64,000 nucleotides of DNA from Bacillota bacterium (GTDB lineage: Bacteria; Bacillota; Clostridia; Acetivibrionales; JANLFN01). The notes below the pieces were generated by a model. The model was not told where the DNA came from, did not search any database, and saw only the letters and a list, made by a program, of their open reading frames with translations. Every line of letters begins with the position of its first letter. Position 1 is the first letter of the stretch. Of this stretch, positions 46,372 to 55,723 are shown in pieces. The position numbers and the translations under genes were made by a program. The DNA is taken from NCBI GenBank assembly GCA_030705825.1, contig JAUZPR010000004.1, positions 222 through 64,221 of the forward strand, in the 5' to 3' direction.

Positions 46372-46647
46372 ATGGCACACAGTTTGAAATGTTATTGCTG
46401 CTGGAAAAATGCTACGTCTAATACTCATTACTATTGCTTTAAATGCATAAAGAAACTCAAAAAGATGTTTGATAATAATATTGCTGATTTTGGTGACAAG
46501 TGCTTTGAAATACTCGAAAATCCTCATCATTCTTCCCATTGCATTTCGTGTGGTGAATTTGAAGATAGAAGGATAATTGATGTTAAGTGTATTTGCAATA
46601 AATGTGTAATGGAAGAATTATTGGCTTACGAACAAGAAAATAATTAA
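46372..46647 (+). CDS. Hypothetical Cys-rich small protein (zinc-ribbon-like CxxC pairs).
   Basis: ATG 46372 lies after AGAGGTGA. CYCC...CFKC...CISC...CICNKC. The longer ORF-track start (46240) has no RBS. Confidence 0.55.
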   Translation: MAHSLKCYCCWKNATSNTHYYCFKCIKKLKKMFDNNIADFGDKCFEILENPHHSSHCISCGEFEDRRIIDVKCICNKCVMEELLAYEQENN

Positions 46648-46718
46648 TTGTCCTTTTTGTGGTTCAAAATTTGATTGTTTAACGTAATTGTTAATTGGAA
46701 ATTTTTGATGCTACCATA

Positions 46719-46759
46719 TTGACAAACTATCAAACAATAGAATAAAATGTTTGATAGTT
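46719..46759 (+). promoter_or_regulatory. Promoter overlapped by a 12-bp inverted repeat, the likely TetR operator.
   Basis: TTGACA (46719-46724), 18-nt spacer, TAAAAT (46743-46748). The perfect inverted repeat AACTATCAAACA (46725-46736) / TGTTTGATAGTT (46748-46759) spans the spacer and the -10 element. Confidence 0.65.
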
Positions 46760-46781
46760 AGAATGTTTGAGGAGGTTCCGG

Positions 46782-47381
46782 ATGGATACTCAAGATAAAA
46801 AAAAGGATATTCTTAAGGCTGCAAGCTCTTGCTTTGCTCGATACGGGTATGAAAAAACCACATTGGACGACATAGGCAAGCTTGTGGGCTTAAATAAGGC
46901 TTCGCTTTACTACTATTACAAGAATAAGGAAAGCATTTTCTCAGAGGTTATATATACTGAAGCCGATGAATTTGTGAAAAGTGTTTTTAACAGCATTGAA
47001 AACGTCCCGGGATTCAAGGGGAAAATTCTTACTTATCTGGATGAGCGTCATAAATTTATAAGAAATGCAATGAATCTTAATCAGCTGAGTGTGGAAAGTG
47101 CCAACAAGATAGCGCCAATTTTCGGGGTTATGTATCAGAAAATTATGGACCAGGAAATTGAACACCTGGCAGGTATTCTTAAAGGTGCGGTCAGGAAACG
47201 GCAGATTATCGAATGTGATTCACAGAGGATCGCAAAGAGTGTATTCACGGTGGCTGAATGTATAAGAAGCAGAGTGGACTGCCAGTTAACATCCGAAGAA
47301 GCATTTAATGAGGTTATAAGGGAAGTTGATTTTACAGTATCATTGATACTTGACGGTTTAATTAGAAAGGGTGAGGATTAA
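46782..47381 (+). CDS. TetR/AcrR-family transcriptional regulator.
   Basis: ATG 46782 lies 7 nt after GAGGAGG. ILKAASSCFARYGYEKTTLDDIGKLVGLNKASLYYYYKNKE is the TetR HTH. Confidence 0.85.
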   Translation: MDTQDKKKDILKAASSCFARYGYEKTTLDDIGKLVGLNKASLYYYYKNKESIFSEVIYTEADEFVKSVFNSIENVPGFKGKILTYLDERHKFIRNAMNLNQLSVESANKIAPIFGVMYQKIMDQEIEHLAGILKGAVRKRQIIECDSQRIAKSVFTVAECIRSRVDCQLTSEEAFNEVIREVDFTVSLILDGLIRKGED

Positions 47382-47382
47382 A

Positions 47383-48171
47383 ATGAAGAATGCAATTTTT
47401 TATTTCTCTGCAACAGGGAATAGTCTGGTTATAGCCAGGTCAATAGCTGATAAGATGGGGGATACCGAACTGATATCCATTCCCAAGGCTATAAATGAAG
47501 ACACAATCGAACTGGAGTATGAACGTATTGGTTTTGTATTTCCGGTTTTCTATGCGTTTGCGCCTTCCATAGTCAAAAGATTTATAAATAAATTAAGTTT
47601 CAGCAAATCACAATATATATATGCGGTCGCTACTCTTGGCGCATCATACGGGATGACTTTCACCGATTTTGGCGAATGTATAACAGCACGAGGAGGAGAG
47701 CTTAAAGCGGCCTTTCCGGTCCACATGCCAGGTAATTATATCGTTAAATACGGTGCATTCCCCAAAGTCTTACAAAAGCTGTATTTTAGATGGGCAAAGA
47801 AAAAGGTTTTAAAAATTTCCGGTTTGGTCGGTAAAAAGACTGCCACACCTACGCCGAAAGGCAGTTGGCTATTAAGACACTATGCGGATTCTTCCAGAGA
47901 AACAATCAATAATTTTGGCAAAATGGCTGAAAATTATCATACCTCAGAGAAGTGCAACGGGTGTGGGTCATGTGCCCGTGTATGCCCTGTAGGAAACATC
48001 ACCATGAAGGATAAAAAGCCGGTTTGGGGAAATGCATGTGAGCTTTGTGTTGCCTGTATACAATGGTGCCCTGAAAAGGCTATAGATTATGGGCAGAAGA
48101 CACAAAAACGAGGTCGATACCATCATCCGGAAATCAAACTGTCGGAGATAACAAAAGGGGGGCATTTGTAA
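47383..48171 (+). CDS. Flavodoxin-like / 4Fe-4S dicluster protein (EFR1-type ferredoxin).
   Basis: MKNAIFYFSATGNS (flavodoxin-like N-terminus). CNGCGSCARVCP and CELCVACIQWCP cluster motifs. Confidence 0.7.
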   Translation: MKNAIFYFSATGNSLVIARSIADKMGDTELISIPKAINEDTIELEYERIGFVFPVFYAFAPSIVKRFINKLSFSKSQYIYAVATLGASYGMTFTDFGECITARGGELKAAFPVHMPGNYIVKYGAFPKVLQKLYFRWAKKKVLKISGLVGKKTATPTPKGSWLLRHYADSSRETINNFGKMAENYHTSEKCNGCGSCARVCPVGNITMKDKKPVWGNACELCVACIQWCPEKAIDYGQKTQKRGRYHHPEIKLSEITKGGHL

Positions 48172-48305
48172 TAGTCGATTCCTTCTTCGGCAGGACAAGA
48201 AGCAAGAGGATATTACTATTTCGGCAATGGTTGGTTAGGGTGTTTTATTGTTTATAATATGGTAAAATCAGTACAAAGCTTAAAATGGTGAGGAGATAAA
48301 TATAT

Positions 48306-48761
48306 ATGCAGAATATTAAGTATGTTCATACGAATCTTATTGCTAAAGACTGGAAAAGTCTTTCAAAGTTTTATATTGAAGTATTTGGATGTAAGCCTAC
48401 ATATCCGGAAAGAGATTTATCAGGGGACTGGATAGATAAAATAACAGAAATTAAAGGAGCAAGACAGAGAGGAATACACTTAAGCTTGCCTGGTTATGAA
48501 AATGGACCAACTCTAGAGATATTTGAGTATAGTCCTGAAAATTTAAGGAGTTCCGAACCATCAATAAATATGCAAGGGTTTGGGCACATTGCGTTTCATG
48601 TTGATGACGTAGAGGAAATTTTGAAAACGCTAATTACACACGGTGGGAAACATTTCGGTGAAGTAGTTAGAAAGGAGTACCCTGAACTTGGCTTGTTAAC
48701 AGCGGCATATACAAAAGACCCGGAAGGTAATTTTATTGAATTACAAAACTGGAAAAAGTAG
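48306..48761 (+). CDS. VOC/glyoxalase-family protein.
   Basis: RBS GGTGAGGAG. HTNLIAKDW..L..FY...FG, GFGHIAFHVDDVEE and DPEGNFIELQ. Confidence 0.75.
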   Translation: MQNIKYVHTNLIAKDWKSLSKFYIEVFGCKPTYPERDLSGDWIDKITEIKGARQRGIHLSLPGYENGPTLEIFEYSPENLRSSEPSINMQGFGHIAFHVDDVEEILKTLITHGGKHFGEVVRKEYPELGLLTAAYTKDPEGNFIELQNWKK

Positions 48762-48790
48762 AATTTAGTGAAGATGAATTACCTAAAAGT

Positions 48791-48893
48791 ATTTTGTGTT
48801 GCCTGTATACAATGGTGCCATGAAAAGAAAGAGGCTCATAAGGATATTGATGACATTATCAAGGAAAGAATAATTTTATCAAACCGCTTGTAA
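48791..48893 (+). pseudogene. Orphan 3' fragment of a ferredoxin-type gene, paralogous to 48044-48078.
   Basis: 48793-48827 matches 48044-48078 at 34 of 35 nt (tttgtgttgcctgtatacaatggtgcc[c/a]tgaaaag). It encodes the same LCVACIQWC cluster motif, then a different tail up to TAA at 48891-48893. There is no upstream body of the gene. Confidence 0.5.
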
Positions 48894-48916
48894 TCAAAGA
48901 ATTGCAGGCGGTTTTT
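48881..48916 (+). terminator. Intrinsic terminator.
   Basis: aaaccgcttgtaat-caaaga-attgcaggcggttt (two G-U pairs), running into a T-run. Confidence 0.65.
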
Positions 48917-49105
48917 ATATATCAGAAAGGCAATGTTATTTGAAATAGGCACATTGATTTTTACTAGTGAATGTGCTTAATTGAGCTTTTTAAAATGAGT
49001 AATGTTCAGTATTGGGCGCGGATGCTTCTGTACATTGTAAATTTAGAATAATATAATGAAGGCGTATAGGATTGTTAGAATAAATTGGTTTTGTGAGGAC
49101 ATATT

Positions 49106-50806
49106 ATGAAATCCAAAGAACTTTCTAAAAGGATTTATGGATATAAAAAGCTCGGCTGGCTGGGGCTGGTAATAGTTGTTTCCATTGTAATGTTCCAGAA
49201 TCTAAATTTGCTGGGTCCTTTTTTTAAACGGGTAACGAGTGTTTCCGAGTACCTGACCTGGCATATAGTTTTCGAATTTATCAGTGTCTTTGTATCTATT
49301 TGCGTCTTTATACTGTCATATTATGCATACAGGCAAAACAGAAGGCTCAGAGTCATACTGATAGCCAATGTGTTTTTATCAATGGGCCTCATTGATATAT
49401 TCCATACGCTAAGCTACAAAGGAATGCCATATTTCCTGACTGATAACATTACCTCAAACAGGGCTACAACCCTCTGGATAATTTCAAGGCTTTTTGGAGC
49501 CTTGGGTATAACGATGGTCAGCCTTATCAAGAAGAACAGGAAATCCAATATAGACAGAAGGTTTTTTTCTCTTATCTCTGTTTTGCTCTCTCTTTCGGTT
49601 TTAATCCTGGCAACCTATTTTCCACACGTAATCCCTGCTATGTATGTTGAGAAAACAGGGGTAACTCAGATTAAAAAAATCCTTGAATATGTTGTTATTT
49701 TGCTTTTATTATTTGCGGGCATCATGTATTTAAAGCAATATCTGAGAAACAAGGATAAATCAAATCTGGTTTTTACAATTGCAATAACCACCTCTATTTT
49801 CAGTGAATTGGCTTTTGTAAGTTATACTTCGGTTTATGATATTTACAATTATATAGGTCATGTTTACAAATTTATTTCTTACTTTTTAGTTTTCAGGGTT
49901 GTATTGATTATCAATATTCAGAGGCCCTACCTCGCATTGTTCAAAGCTAAAGACAAGCTGAAGAAATATGCCGGAAATCTTTATACTCTTGTTTCCGAAC
50001 GGACAACGGAATTGCAGAAAGTGAATCAGGAATTGTATCTTATAAATCAGAAGCTGTTGGAGGATCTTGATTTTGCCCGGGATATCCAGAAGGCCATATT
50101 ACCCGACAGGTTACCCAATAGTGATGAGGTCGCATTCGAAGCAAAATATTATCCTGCTGAAAAAGTAAGCGGAGATTTCTATAACATATTCAGATTGGAT
50201 GAAAACCGGATAGGAATGTATATAGGGGATGTATCCGGACATGGGGTCCCGGCTGCAATGCTTACAATGTTTTTAAGCCAGAGTATTAAAACCGTAAAGG
50301 AACTGGACGGAAGCAAATTTGAAGTTCTCAAACCCTCAAAGGTTTTGGAAACCCTTTATGAATTATATAATAAAATGCATTTTAAAGATGAAATGTATAT
50401 TTTGATTTTTTATGCAATATATAATGTAAAAACCAGAGAGCTTGAATATTCATCAGCAGGCTTGAATGCACAACCTATTTTGATCAAGAGTAATAGTGAG
50501 CTTGCGGAAATTGATATTAAGGGTCTGCCTATCTGCAGCCTTATAAATATTTCAAAGACAAATTATACAGACAAGATAATTAAATTGGAAAAGGGGGACA
50601 GAATGTTCTTTTATACTGATGGGTTAACGGAACTTAATTATAAGAAAACAGGAAATGTTATTACCCTTGAACAATTGGGAAAATTCCTGACTAAAAATGA
50701 TAGTAAGGGTTGCCTTTTCAGTGAATTGGACAGGGAAATAAAATTTGCTTCCAGTAATGAAGGGCTTACAGATGATATTACATTTTTTATGCTTCAGGTA
50801 AATTAA
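49106..50806 (+). CDS. Membrane sensor (7-TM, MASE3-like) fused to a PP2C/SpoIIE-type serine phosphatase.
   Basis: The N-terminal roughly 270 aa are polytopic. A coiled linker follows. The C-terminal part carries AKYYPAEKVSGDFYNIF, YIGDVSGHGVPAAM, FYTDGLTE and DDITFF (PP2C/RsbU-like). Confidence 0.8.
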   Translation: MKSKELSKRIYGYKKLGWLGLVIVVSIVMFQNLNLLGPFFKRVTSVSEYLTWHIVFEFISVFVSICVFILSYYAYRQNRRLRVILIANVFLSMGLIDIFHTLSYKGMPYFLTDNITSNRATTLWIISRLFGALGITMVSLIKKNRKSNIDRRFFSLISVLLSLSVLILATYFPHVIPAMYVEKTGVTQIKKILEYVVILLLLFAGIMYLKQYLRNKDKSNLVFTIAITTSIFSELAFVSYTSVYDIYNYIGHVYKFISYFLVFRVVLIINIQRPYLALFKAKDKLKKYAGNLYTLVSERTTELQKVNQELYLINQKLLEDLDFARDIQKAILPDRLPNSDEVAFEAKYYPAEKVSGDFYNIFRLDENRIGMYIGDVSGHGVPAAMLTMFLSQSIKTVKELDGSKFEVLKPSKVLETLYELYNKMHFKDEMYILIFYAIYNVKTRELEYSSAGLNAQPILIKSNSELAEIDIKGLPICSLINISKTNYTDKIIKLEKGDRMFFYTDGLTELNYKKTGNVITLEQLGKFLTKNDSKGCLFSELDREIKFASSNEGLTDDITFFMLQVN

Positions 50807-50980
50807 ATCTTTCCTATAAATTCATTTCTTTATGTGTTAGATTTCTATAAAGTTGTGGTATAAATCAATCAATTCCGTATCTCGGGTTAAATATCAGTGA
50901 TTATAATAAATACCAAGTTTAATATTTATTACGGAAAAAAATTCGGTGAATTAATAATAACGGTTTACAGGGTGAATGTA

Positions 50981-52240
50981 ATGAAAGGGATCAGAAACAA
51001 GTTAAGTACCAAAGGGCACCATCCTGTTATTGGAGCGATAGATTTTATGAAATATATAGGACCGGGGCTCATTGTTACGGTCGGGTTTATTGATCCGGGT
51101 AATTGGGCTTCCAATCTTTCTGCCGGTTCCGATTACGGGTATAGGCTTCTGTGGATGGTGACACTATCAACCATAATGTTGATTTTACTGCAGCACAATG
51201 CCGCACATCTGGGTATTGCTACCGGAGATTGTCTCTCGGAAGCTGCAACAAAGCATCTGAACCCCATTTTGTCCAAAACGGTATTGTCAACGTCTGTACT
51301 GGCCTCCATATCAACCGCTATGGCTGAAATCCTTGGAGGTGCGATTGCACTGCAGCTCTTATTTAATATTCCATTGAAGGTTGGAGCGGTAATTATACTG
51401 GCATTTGTGCTGTGGATGCTTTTTACCAATTCCTACAGGAGATTGGAAAAATGGATTATCGGATTTGTTTCAATAATAGGAATTTCCTTCATTTATGAAC
51501 TGAGCATAGTTCACATGAATTGGGGCCGAACTCTAAAAAGTGCAGTAATACCAAGCTTCCCAAAAGGTTCAATGCTAATAATCATGTCGGTATTGGGTGC
51601 GGTTGTCATGCCTCACAATTTATTCCTTCATTCTGAAATAATTCAGAGCAGGCAGTGGAATAAAGAGAATCCGGAGGTAATAAAGAGACAATTAAAATAC
51701 GAATTTGCAGATACACTATTTTCGATGCTGGTTGGATGGGCTATAAACAGTGCAATGATCATTCTGGCAGCATCAACTTTTTTCAACAGTAATATCAAGG
51801 TTGATGAATTGGTGCAGGCCCAGCATCTCATGGACCCCTTACTTGGAAAAGGTGCTGCAATCATCTTTGGAACAGCACTTTTATTTGCGGGGATATCTTC
51901 GGCTACTACCGCGGGAATGGCAGGGGGAAGCATCGTAGCTGGAATGTTTAAAGAACCTTATGATATCAAGGATATTCATACCAGGTTAGGTGTCGGAGGT
52001 GTATTATGCTGGGCGACATTTATTATATTTTTGATATCCGATCCCTTTAAAGGGCTGGTCTACTCACAGATGTTTTTAAGTATGCAGCTTCCATTCACTA
52101 TATTTCTACAGGTTTACATCACCTCCTCAAAAAAAGTGATGGGTCAGTACAGGAATTCATTAATTGATAAATTCCTCCTTTTAGTTATCGGGGTTATTGT
52201 TTCGGTATTAAATATAATGCTGCTGCTAAGCTATATTTGA
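50981..52240 (+). CDS. mntH: NRAMP-family divalent metal (Mn2+/Fe2+) transporter.
   Basis: ATG 50981 lies after AGGGTGA. GPGLIVTVGFIDPGNWASN (DPGN motif), MPHNLFLHSE, and about 11 TM segments. Confidence 0.85.
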   Translation: MKGIRNKLSTKGHHPVIGAIDFMKYIGPGLIVTVGFIDPGNWASNLSAGSDYGYRLLWMVTLSTIMLILLQHNAAHLGIATGDCLSEAATKHLNPILSKTVLSTSVLASISTAMAEILGGAIALQLLFNIPLKVGAVIILAFVLWMLFTNSYRRLEKWIIGFVSIIGISFIYELSIVHMNWGRTLKSAVIPSFPKGSMLIIMSVLGAVVMPHNLFLHSEIIQSRQWNKENPEVIKRQLKYEFADTLFSMLVGWAINSAMIILAASTFFNSNIKVDELVQAQHLMDPLLGKGAAIIFGTALLFAGISSATTAGMAGGSIVAGMFKEPYDIKDIHTRLGVGGVLCWATFIIFLISDPFKGLVYSQMFLSMQLPFTIFLQVYITSSKKVMGQYRNSLIDKFLLLVIGVIVSVLNIMLLLSYI

Positions 52241-52318
52241 TTATAATAAATTTTATTGTTTATATATCCAGTGCAGTGGTATTAATTTTATAATCGAAAG
52301 AACGGAAGGAATGATGTT

Positions 52319-52783
52319 ATGTTAAATGCTGGAGATAAAGCACCGGAATTCAGCCTGAAATCCATAGACGGCAAAGAAATCAGCCTGTCTGATTTTAATG
52401 GCAAAAAGATAGTATTATATTTCTACCCCAAGGATAATACTCCCGGATGTACAAAGGAAGCCTGTGGTTTCAGGGATGTATATGATTATATTCTAGAAGC
52501 AGGTGCCGTTGTAATAGGGATCAGTCCGGATGGTTCCGATTCACATGCAAAATTCAGGAATAAGTATAATCTTCCTTTCTACCTGTTAAGCGATGAAGAC
52601 CATAAGGTATCGGAGGCATATGGCACATGGGGGGAAAAGAAATCCTACGGTAAAAATTATATGGGGATAATCAGATCTACCTTTATTATAAATGAGAGCC
52701 TTACTATTGAGAAAGTATTCCCAAAGGTTTCACCTGAAGGCCATGCTGAAGAAATTCTGGATTATTTAAATAAACAGGAATGA
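52319..52783 (+). CDS. bcp: Thiol peroxidase / peroxiredoxin of the Bcp type.
   Basis: GDKAPEF, VLYFYPKDNTPGCTKEAC, and FPKV at the C-terminal end. Confidence 0.88.
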   Translation: MLNAGDKAPEFSLKSIDGKEISLSDFNGKKIVLYFYPKDNTPGCTKEACGFRDVYDYILEAGAVVIGISPDGSDSHAKFRNKYNLPFYLLSDEDHKVSEAYGTWGEKKSYGKNYMGIIRSTFIINESLTIEKVFPKVSPEGHAEEILDYLNKQE

Positions 52784-52811
52784 CAAATATAAAAGCTTTG
52801 GAGGGTGGATT

Positions 52812-53129
52812 ATGCTGTGTAAGGATTTAAAGGTTGTAAATCTCAATATTACAGAAGACAACTATGAATACAAGGCACTTTTCAGATTGTGTACCGAGAA
52901 TGTTTGTATGGATGTTGATTTGGGACAGCTTGAAAACGGCGAAATACTGCAGGAAATCAAGAAAAGCTTTTCTATTGAAGACTCTTTAGAAGAAACAAAA
53001 AATATCATTATAGAAAAAATTATGGAGGCTTCAAAACTGGAATCCAGAATTTCGGAAGGTGAAGATTGCTGCGGAAATGTCGAAGACAAGGCTGTGGGAA
53101 GAAGTATCGATTCTTTAAGTATGTCGTAG
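52812..53129 (+). CDS. Hypothetical acidic protein.
   Basis: RBS TGGAGGGTGG 5 nt upstream. 105 aa. No motif recognised. Confidence 0.5.
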   Translation: MLCKDLKVVNLNITEDNYEYKALFRLCTENVCMDVDLGQLENGEILQEIKKSFSIEDSLEETKNIIIEKIMEASKLESRISEGEDCCGNVEDKAVGRSIDSLSMS

Positions 53130-53151
53130 TATTCTTATAAGGGGTGAAAAT

Positions 53152-54819
53152 GTGAATTATAATATACTGATAGGCGGATCGGCAGGGCAGGGGGTTGAAA
53201 CTGTATCTGCCATATTTGAGAAAATACTTAAACGTCAGGGTTTTAAAATTTTTACAATTAAAGATTATATGTCGAGGGTAAGGGGCGGACATAATTTCAT
53301 TCAAGTCAGATTCGGTACAGAAAAATTGTTTTCACACCGTGATGAGATAGACGGAATTATGGCTTTCAATGATGAAACTATTGAACTTCACCTGGAAAGG
53401 TTAAAATCCGACGGATTTATAATTTGTGATGAAGAAATCAACTTTACTGACCAGAGGATTTTAAAATTACCTTTAAAGCAGACGGCAAAGGCTTCAGGTA
53501 ATATAAAAGCGTTTGGAAGCGTTGCCGTGGGTTCTGTTCTGGAACTGCTTGGCATAGGTCAGACTGGAATTGAAAATGTTTTGATGGAATATTTCAACAG
53601 CGAAATTTCCGCTCAGAATTTAAATGCCATACATAACGGAAGAAAGCTTGTTTCAAAAAGATGTGACACTGTTCCGTCTAAAAAAGACGGTAATATTCTT
53701 ATTAATGGAAACCAGGCTGTTGCACTTGGGGCTTTGGCGGCAGGTTGCAGATTTTATTCGGCTTATCCTATGACACCTTCAACAAGCATTATGAATTACC
53801 TTGCAGAGAAAATGATGGATGCAGAAATTGTTGTTGAGCAGGCTGAAGATGAGATCGCAGCTATCAATATGGCTATTGGAGCATCCTATGCCGGAGCCAG
53901 GTCTATGACCGGAACTTCAGGCGGGGGCTTTTCACTGATGGTAGAGGCACTGGGCCTCTCGGGAATGATGGAAATACCGTTGGTTATAGCTGAGGTACAG
54001 AGGCCTGGTCCTACTACCGGGTTTCCCACAAGGACAGAGCAAAGTGATCTTAAATTTGTTATTTCAGCTTCACAGGGCGAATTTCCAAGGATGGTCATTG
54101 CTTTAAGAAACGCGGAAGATGCTTTTTATCAGACTGTAAGGGCATTTGACATTGCCGATAAATATCAGCTTCCTGTAATTCTTTTAAGTGACCAGTTCCT
54201 TGCAGATTCAACTGTTACCTCAGAGCCGTTTGATTTTGAGAGTACTAAGATAAATAACCATATCTGCGAATATTCATCGGATAAACCATACAATAGATAT
54301 GAAATAACACCAACCGGAATTTCACCGCGTCTTATACCAGGTGGAAATCATGGGATTACAGTGCTTTCGGATAGCGATGAACATGACAAATCGGGTCATA
54401 TTACCGAATCGGCTGATATAAGGAACCAGATGGTCAATAAAAGGATGAGAAAGCTGGATCTTCTGAAGGAGGAACTGCAAGAGCCTTTGTTTATTGGAGC
54501 AGAAGACAGTGAAGTTCTGTTACTTGCATGGGGTTCATTGTGGGGACCGGTTTCGGAAGCAGTAAACATATTGAACGAATACGGGGATAGTAGGTATGGT
54601 GCCCTTGTTTTTGGCGATATCTGGCCCTTGCCGGTAAAATTGCTTGCTGAAAAAGCTAAGAAAGCAAAACGGATAATAAATGTTGAGCAGAATGCTACCG
54701 GACAGCTTGCATCGATTGTATCTGAAGTCACAGGCATATTCTGTGATTCAAGCATCCTGAAATTTGACGGGCGGCCTATGAGTTCAGGGTATATCTGCAG
54801 CAAAATAAGGGGGGAATAA
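53152..54819 (+). CDS. 2-oxoacid:ferredoxin oxidoreductase, fused gamma-alpha subunit.
   Basis: GTG start after AAGGGGTGA. N-terminal IGGSAGQGVETVS (gamma-like). Then YPMTPST, AINMAIGASYAGARSMT.TSGGGF and EVQRPGPTTG.PT (alpha). Confidence 0.85.
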   Translation: MNYNILIGGSAGQGVETVSAIFEKILKRQGFKIFTIKDYMSRVRGGHNFIQVRFGTEKLFSHRDEIDGIMAFNDETIELHLERLKSDGFIICDEEINFTDQRILKLPLKQTAKASGNIKAFGSVAVGSVLELLGIGQTGIENVLMEYFNSEISAQNLNAIHNGRKLVSKRCDTVPSKKDGNILINGNQAVALGALAAGCRFYSAYPMTPSTSIMNYLAEKMMDAEIVVEQAEDEIAAINMAIGASYAGARSMTGTSGGGFSLMVEALGLSGMMEIPLVIAEVQRPGPTTGFPTRTEQSDLKFVISASQGEFPRMVIALRNAEDAFYQTVRAFDIADKYQLPVILLSDQFLADSTVTSEPFDFESTKINNHICEYSSDKPYNRYEITPTGISPRLIPGGNHGITVLSDSDEHDKSGHITESADIRNQMVNKRMRKLDLLKEELQEPLFIGAEDSEVLLLAWGSLWGPVSEAVNILNEYGDSRYGALVFGDIWPLPVKLLAEKAKKAKRIINVEQNATGQLASIVSEVTGIFCDSSILKFDGRPMSSGYICSKIRGE

Positions 54820-54826
54820 ATATATT

Positions 54827-55678
54827 ATGTGCGACTCCAGCTTTAACATTTCAGAAACTGCATGGTGCCCCGGGTGTGGGGACTTTGACATAATAAGCTC
54901 TTTAAAAGAAGCTTTGGAAACACTGGGTAAAAAGCCACATGAGGTATTGGTAGTCGGAGGAATCGGGCAGGCTGCCAAGACTCCTCAATATATAAATACA
55001 AACGGTTTCTGTGGTCTTCACGGCAGAGCACTGCCACCGGCAGTTGCAGCGAAAATTGTGAACAGCAGGCTTACCGTTATTGTAAATACCGGAGACGGTG
55101 ATTCATATGGAGAAGGCGGAAACCACTTTATTCATAATATAAGAAGGAATGTGGACATTACACATTTTGTTCATAACAATCAGATATATGGTCTGACCAA
55201 AGGTCAGGCATCACCTACCACCGATATCAGCCACATAACAGATATCCAAACAGCCGGGACCATACATGAACCATTAAACCCTGTCCTCCTGGCAATAGCT
55301 GCGGGCGCAGGCTTTGTTGCGAGGGCTTTCAGCGGAGATACCAAACATTTGACATCAATAATGATTGAAGCAATCAAATACAGGGGTTATTCCTTGGTAG
55401 ATATACTTCAGCCCTGTGTAAGCTTCAATAAGGTTAATACTTTTCAATGGTACAGCAAACGGGTTTATAAACTCGATGAGAGCCATGATGTCACCGACAG
55501 GCTGAAAGCCATGGAAAAGGCCATGGAGTGGGGAGAACGCATTCCTATCGGAATATTATACAAAAAAGATAAACCGGTATTCAATGACAAAATTGAATTT
55601 CTAAAGGATAATCAGGTTCTTATTGAAAAGGAATTTCACATGGAAAAGGTAAAAAGCTATCTGAAGGATTTTGTATAA
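54827..55678 (+). CDS. 2-oxoacid:ferredoxin oxidoreductase beta subunit (TPP-binding).
   Basis: WCPGCGDF, TGDGDSYGEGGNH, NNQIYGLTKGQ and QPCVSFN. Confidence 0.88.
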   Translation: MCDSSFNISETAWCPGCGDFDIISSLKEALETLGKKPHEVLVVGGIGQAAKTPQYINTNGFCGLHGRALPPAVAAKIVNSRLTVIVNTGDGDSYGEGGNHFIHNIRRNVDITHFVHNNQIYGLTKGQASPTTDISHITDIQTAGTIHEPLNPVLLAIAAGAGFVARAFSGDTKHLTSIMIEAIKYRGYSLVDILQPCVSFNKVNTFQWYSKRVYKLDESHDVTDRLKAMEKAMEWGERIPIGILYKKDKPVFNDKIEFLKDNQVLIEKEFHMEKVKSYLKDFV

Positions 55679-55723
55679 TTTTTATTATAAAAATAGATAT
55701 TGATATAAAAGGGGATGATTTTT

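Noticed and set aside
50904-50931. Inverted repeat TAATAAATA-N10-TATTTATTA upstream of mntH, considered as an MntR operator.
   Set aside because: It is entirely A/T in an AT-rich spacer, I cannot recall a matching operator consensus, and chance occurrence is likely.
52241-52318. AATAAATTTTATT palindrome upstream of bcp, considered as a PerR/Fur-type box.
   Set aside because: It matches the 7-1-7 PerR consensus I remember poorly, and it is an AT-only sequence.
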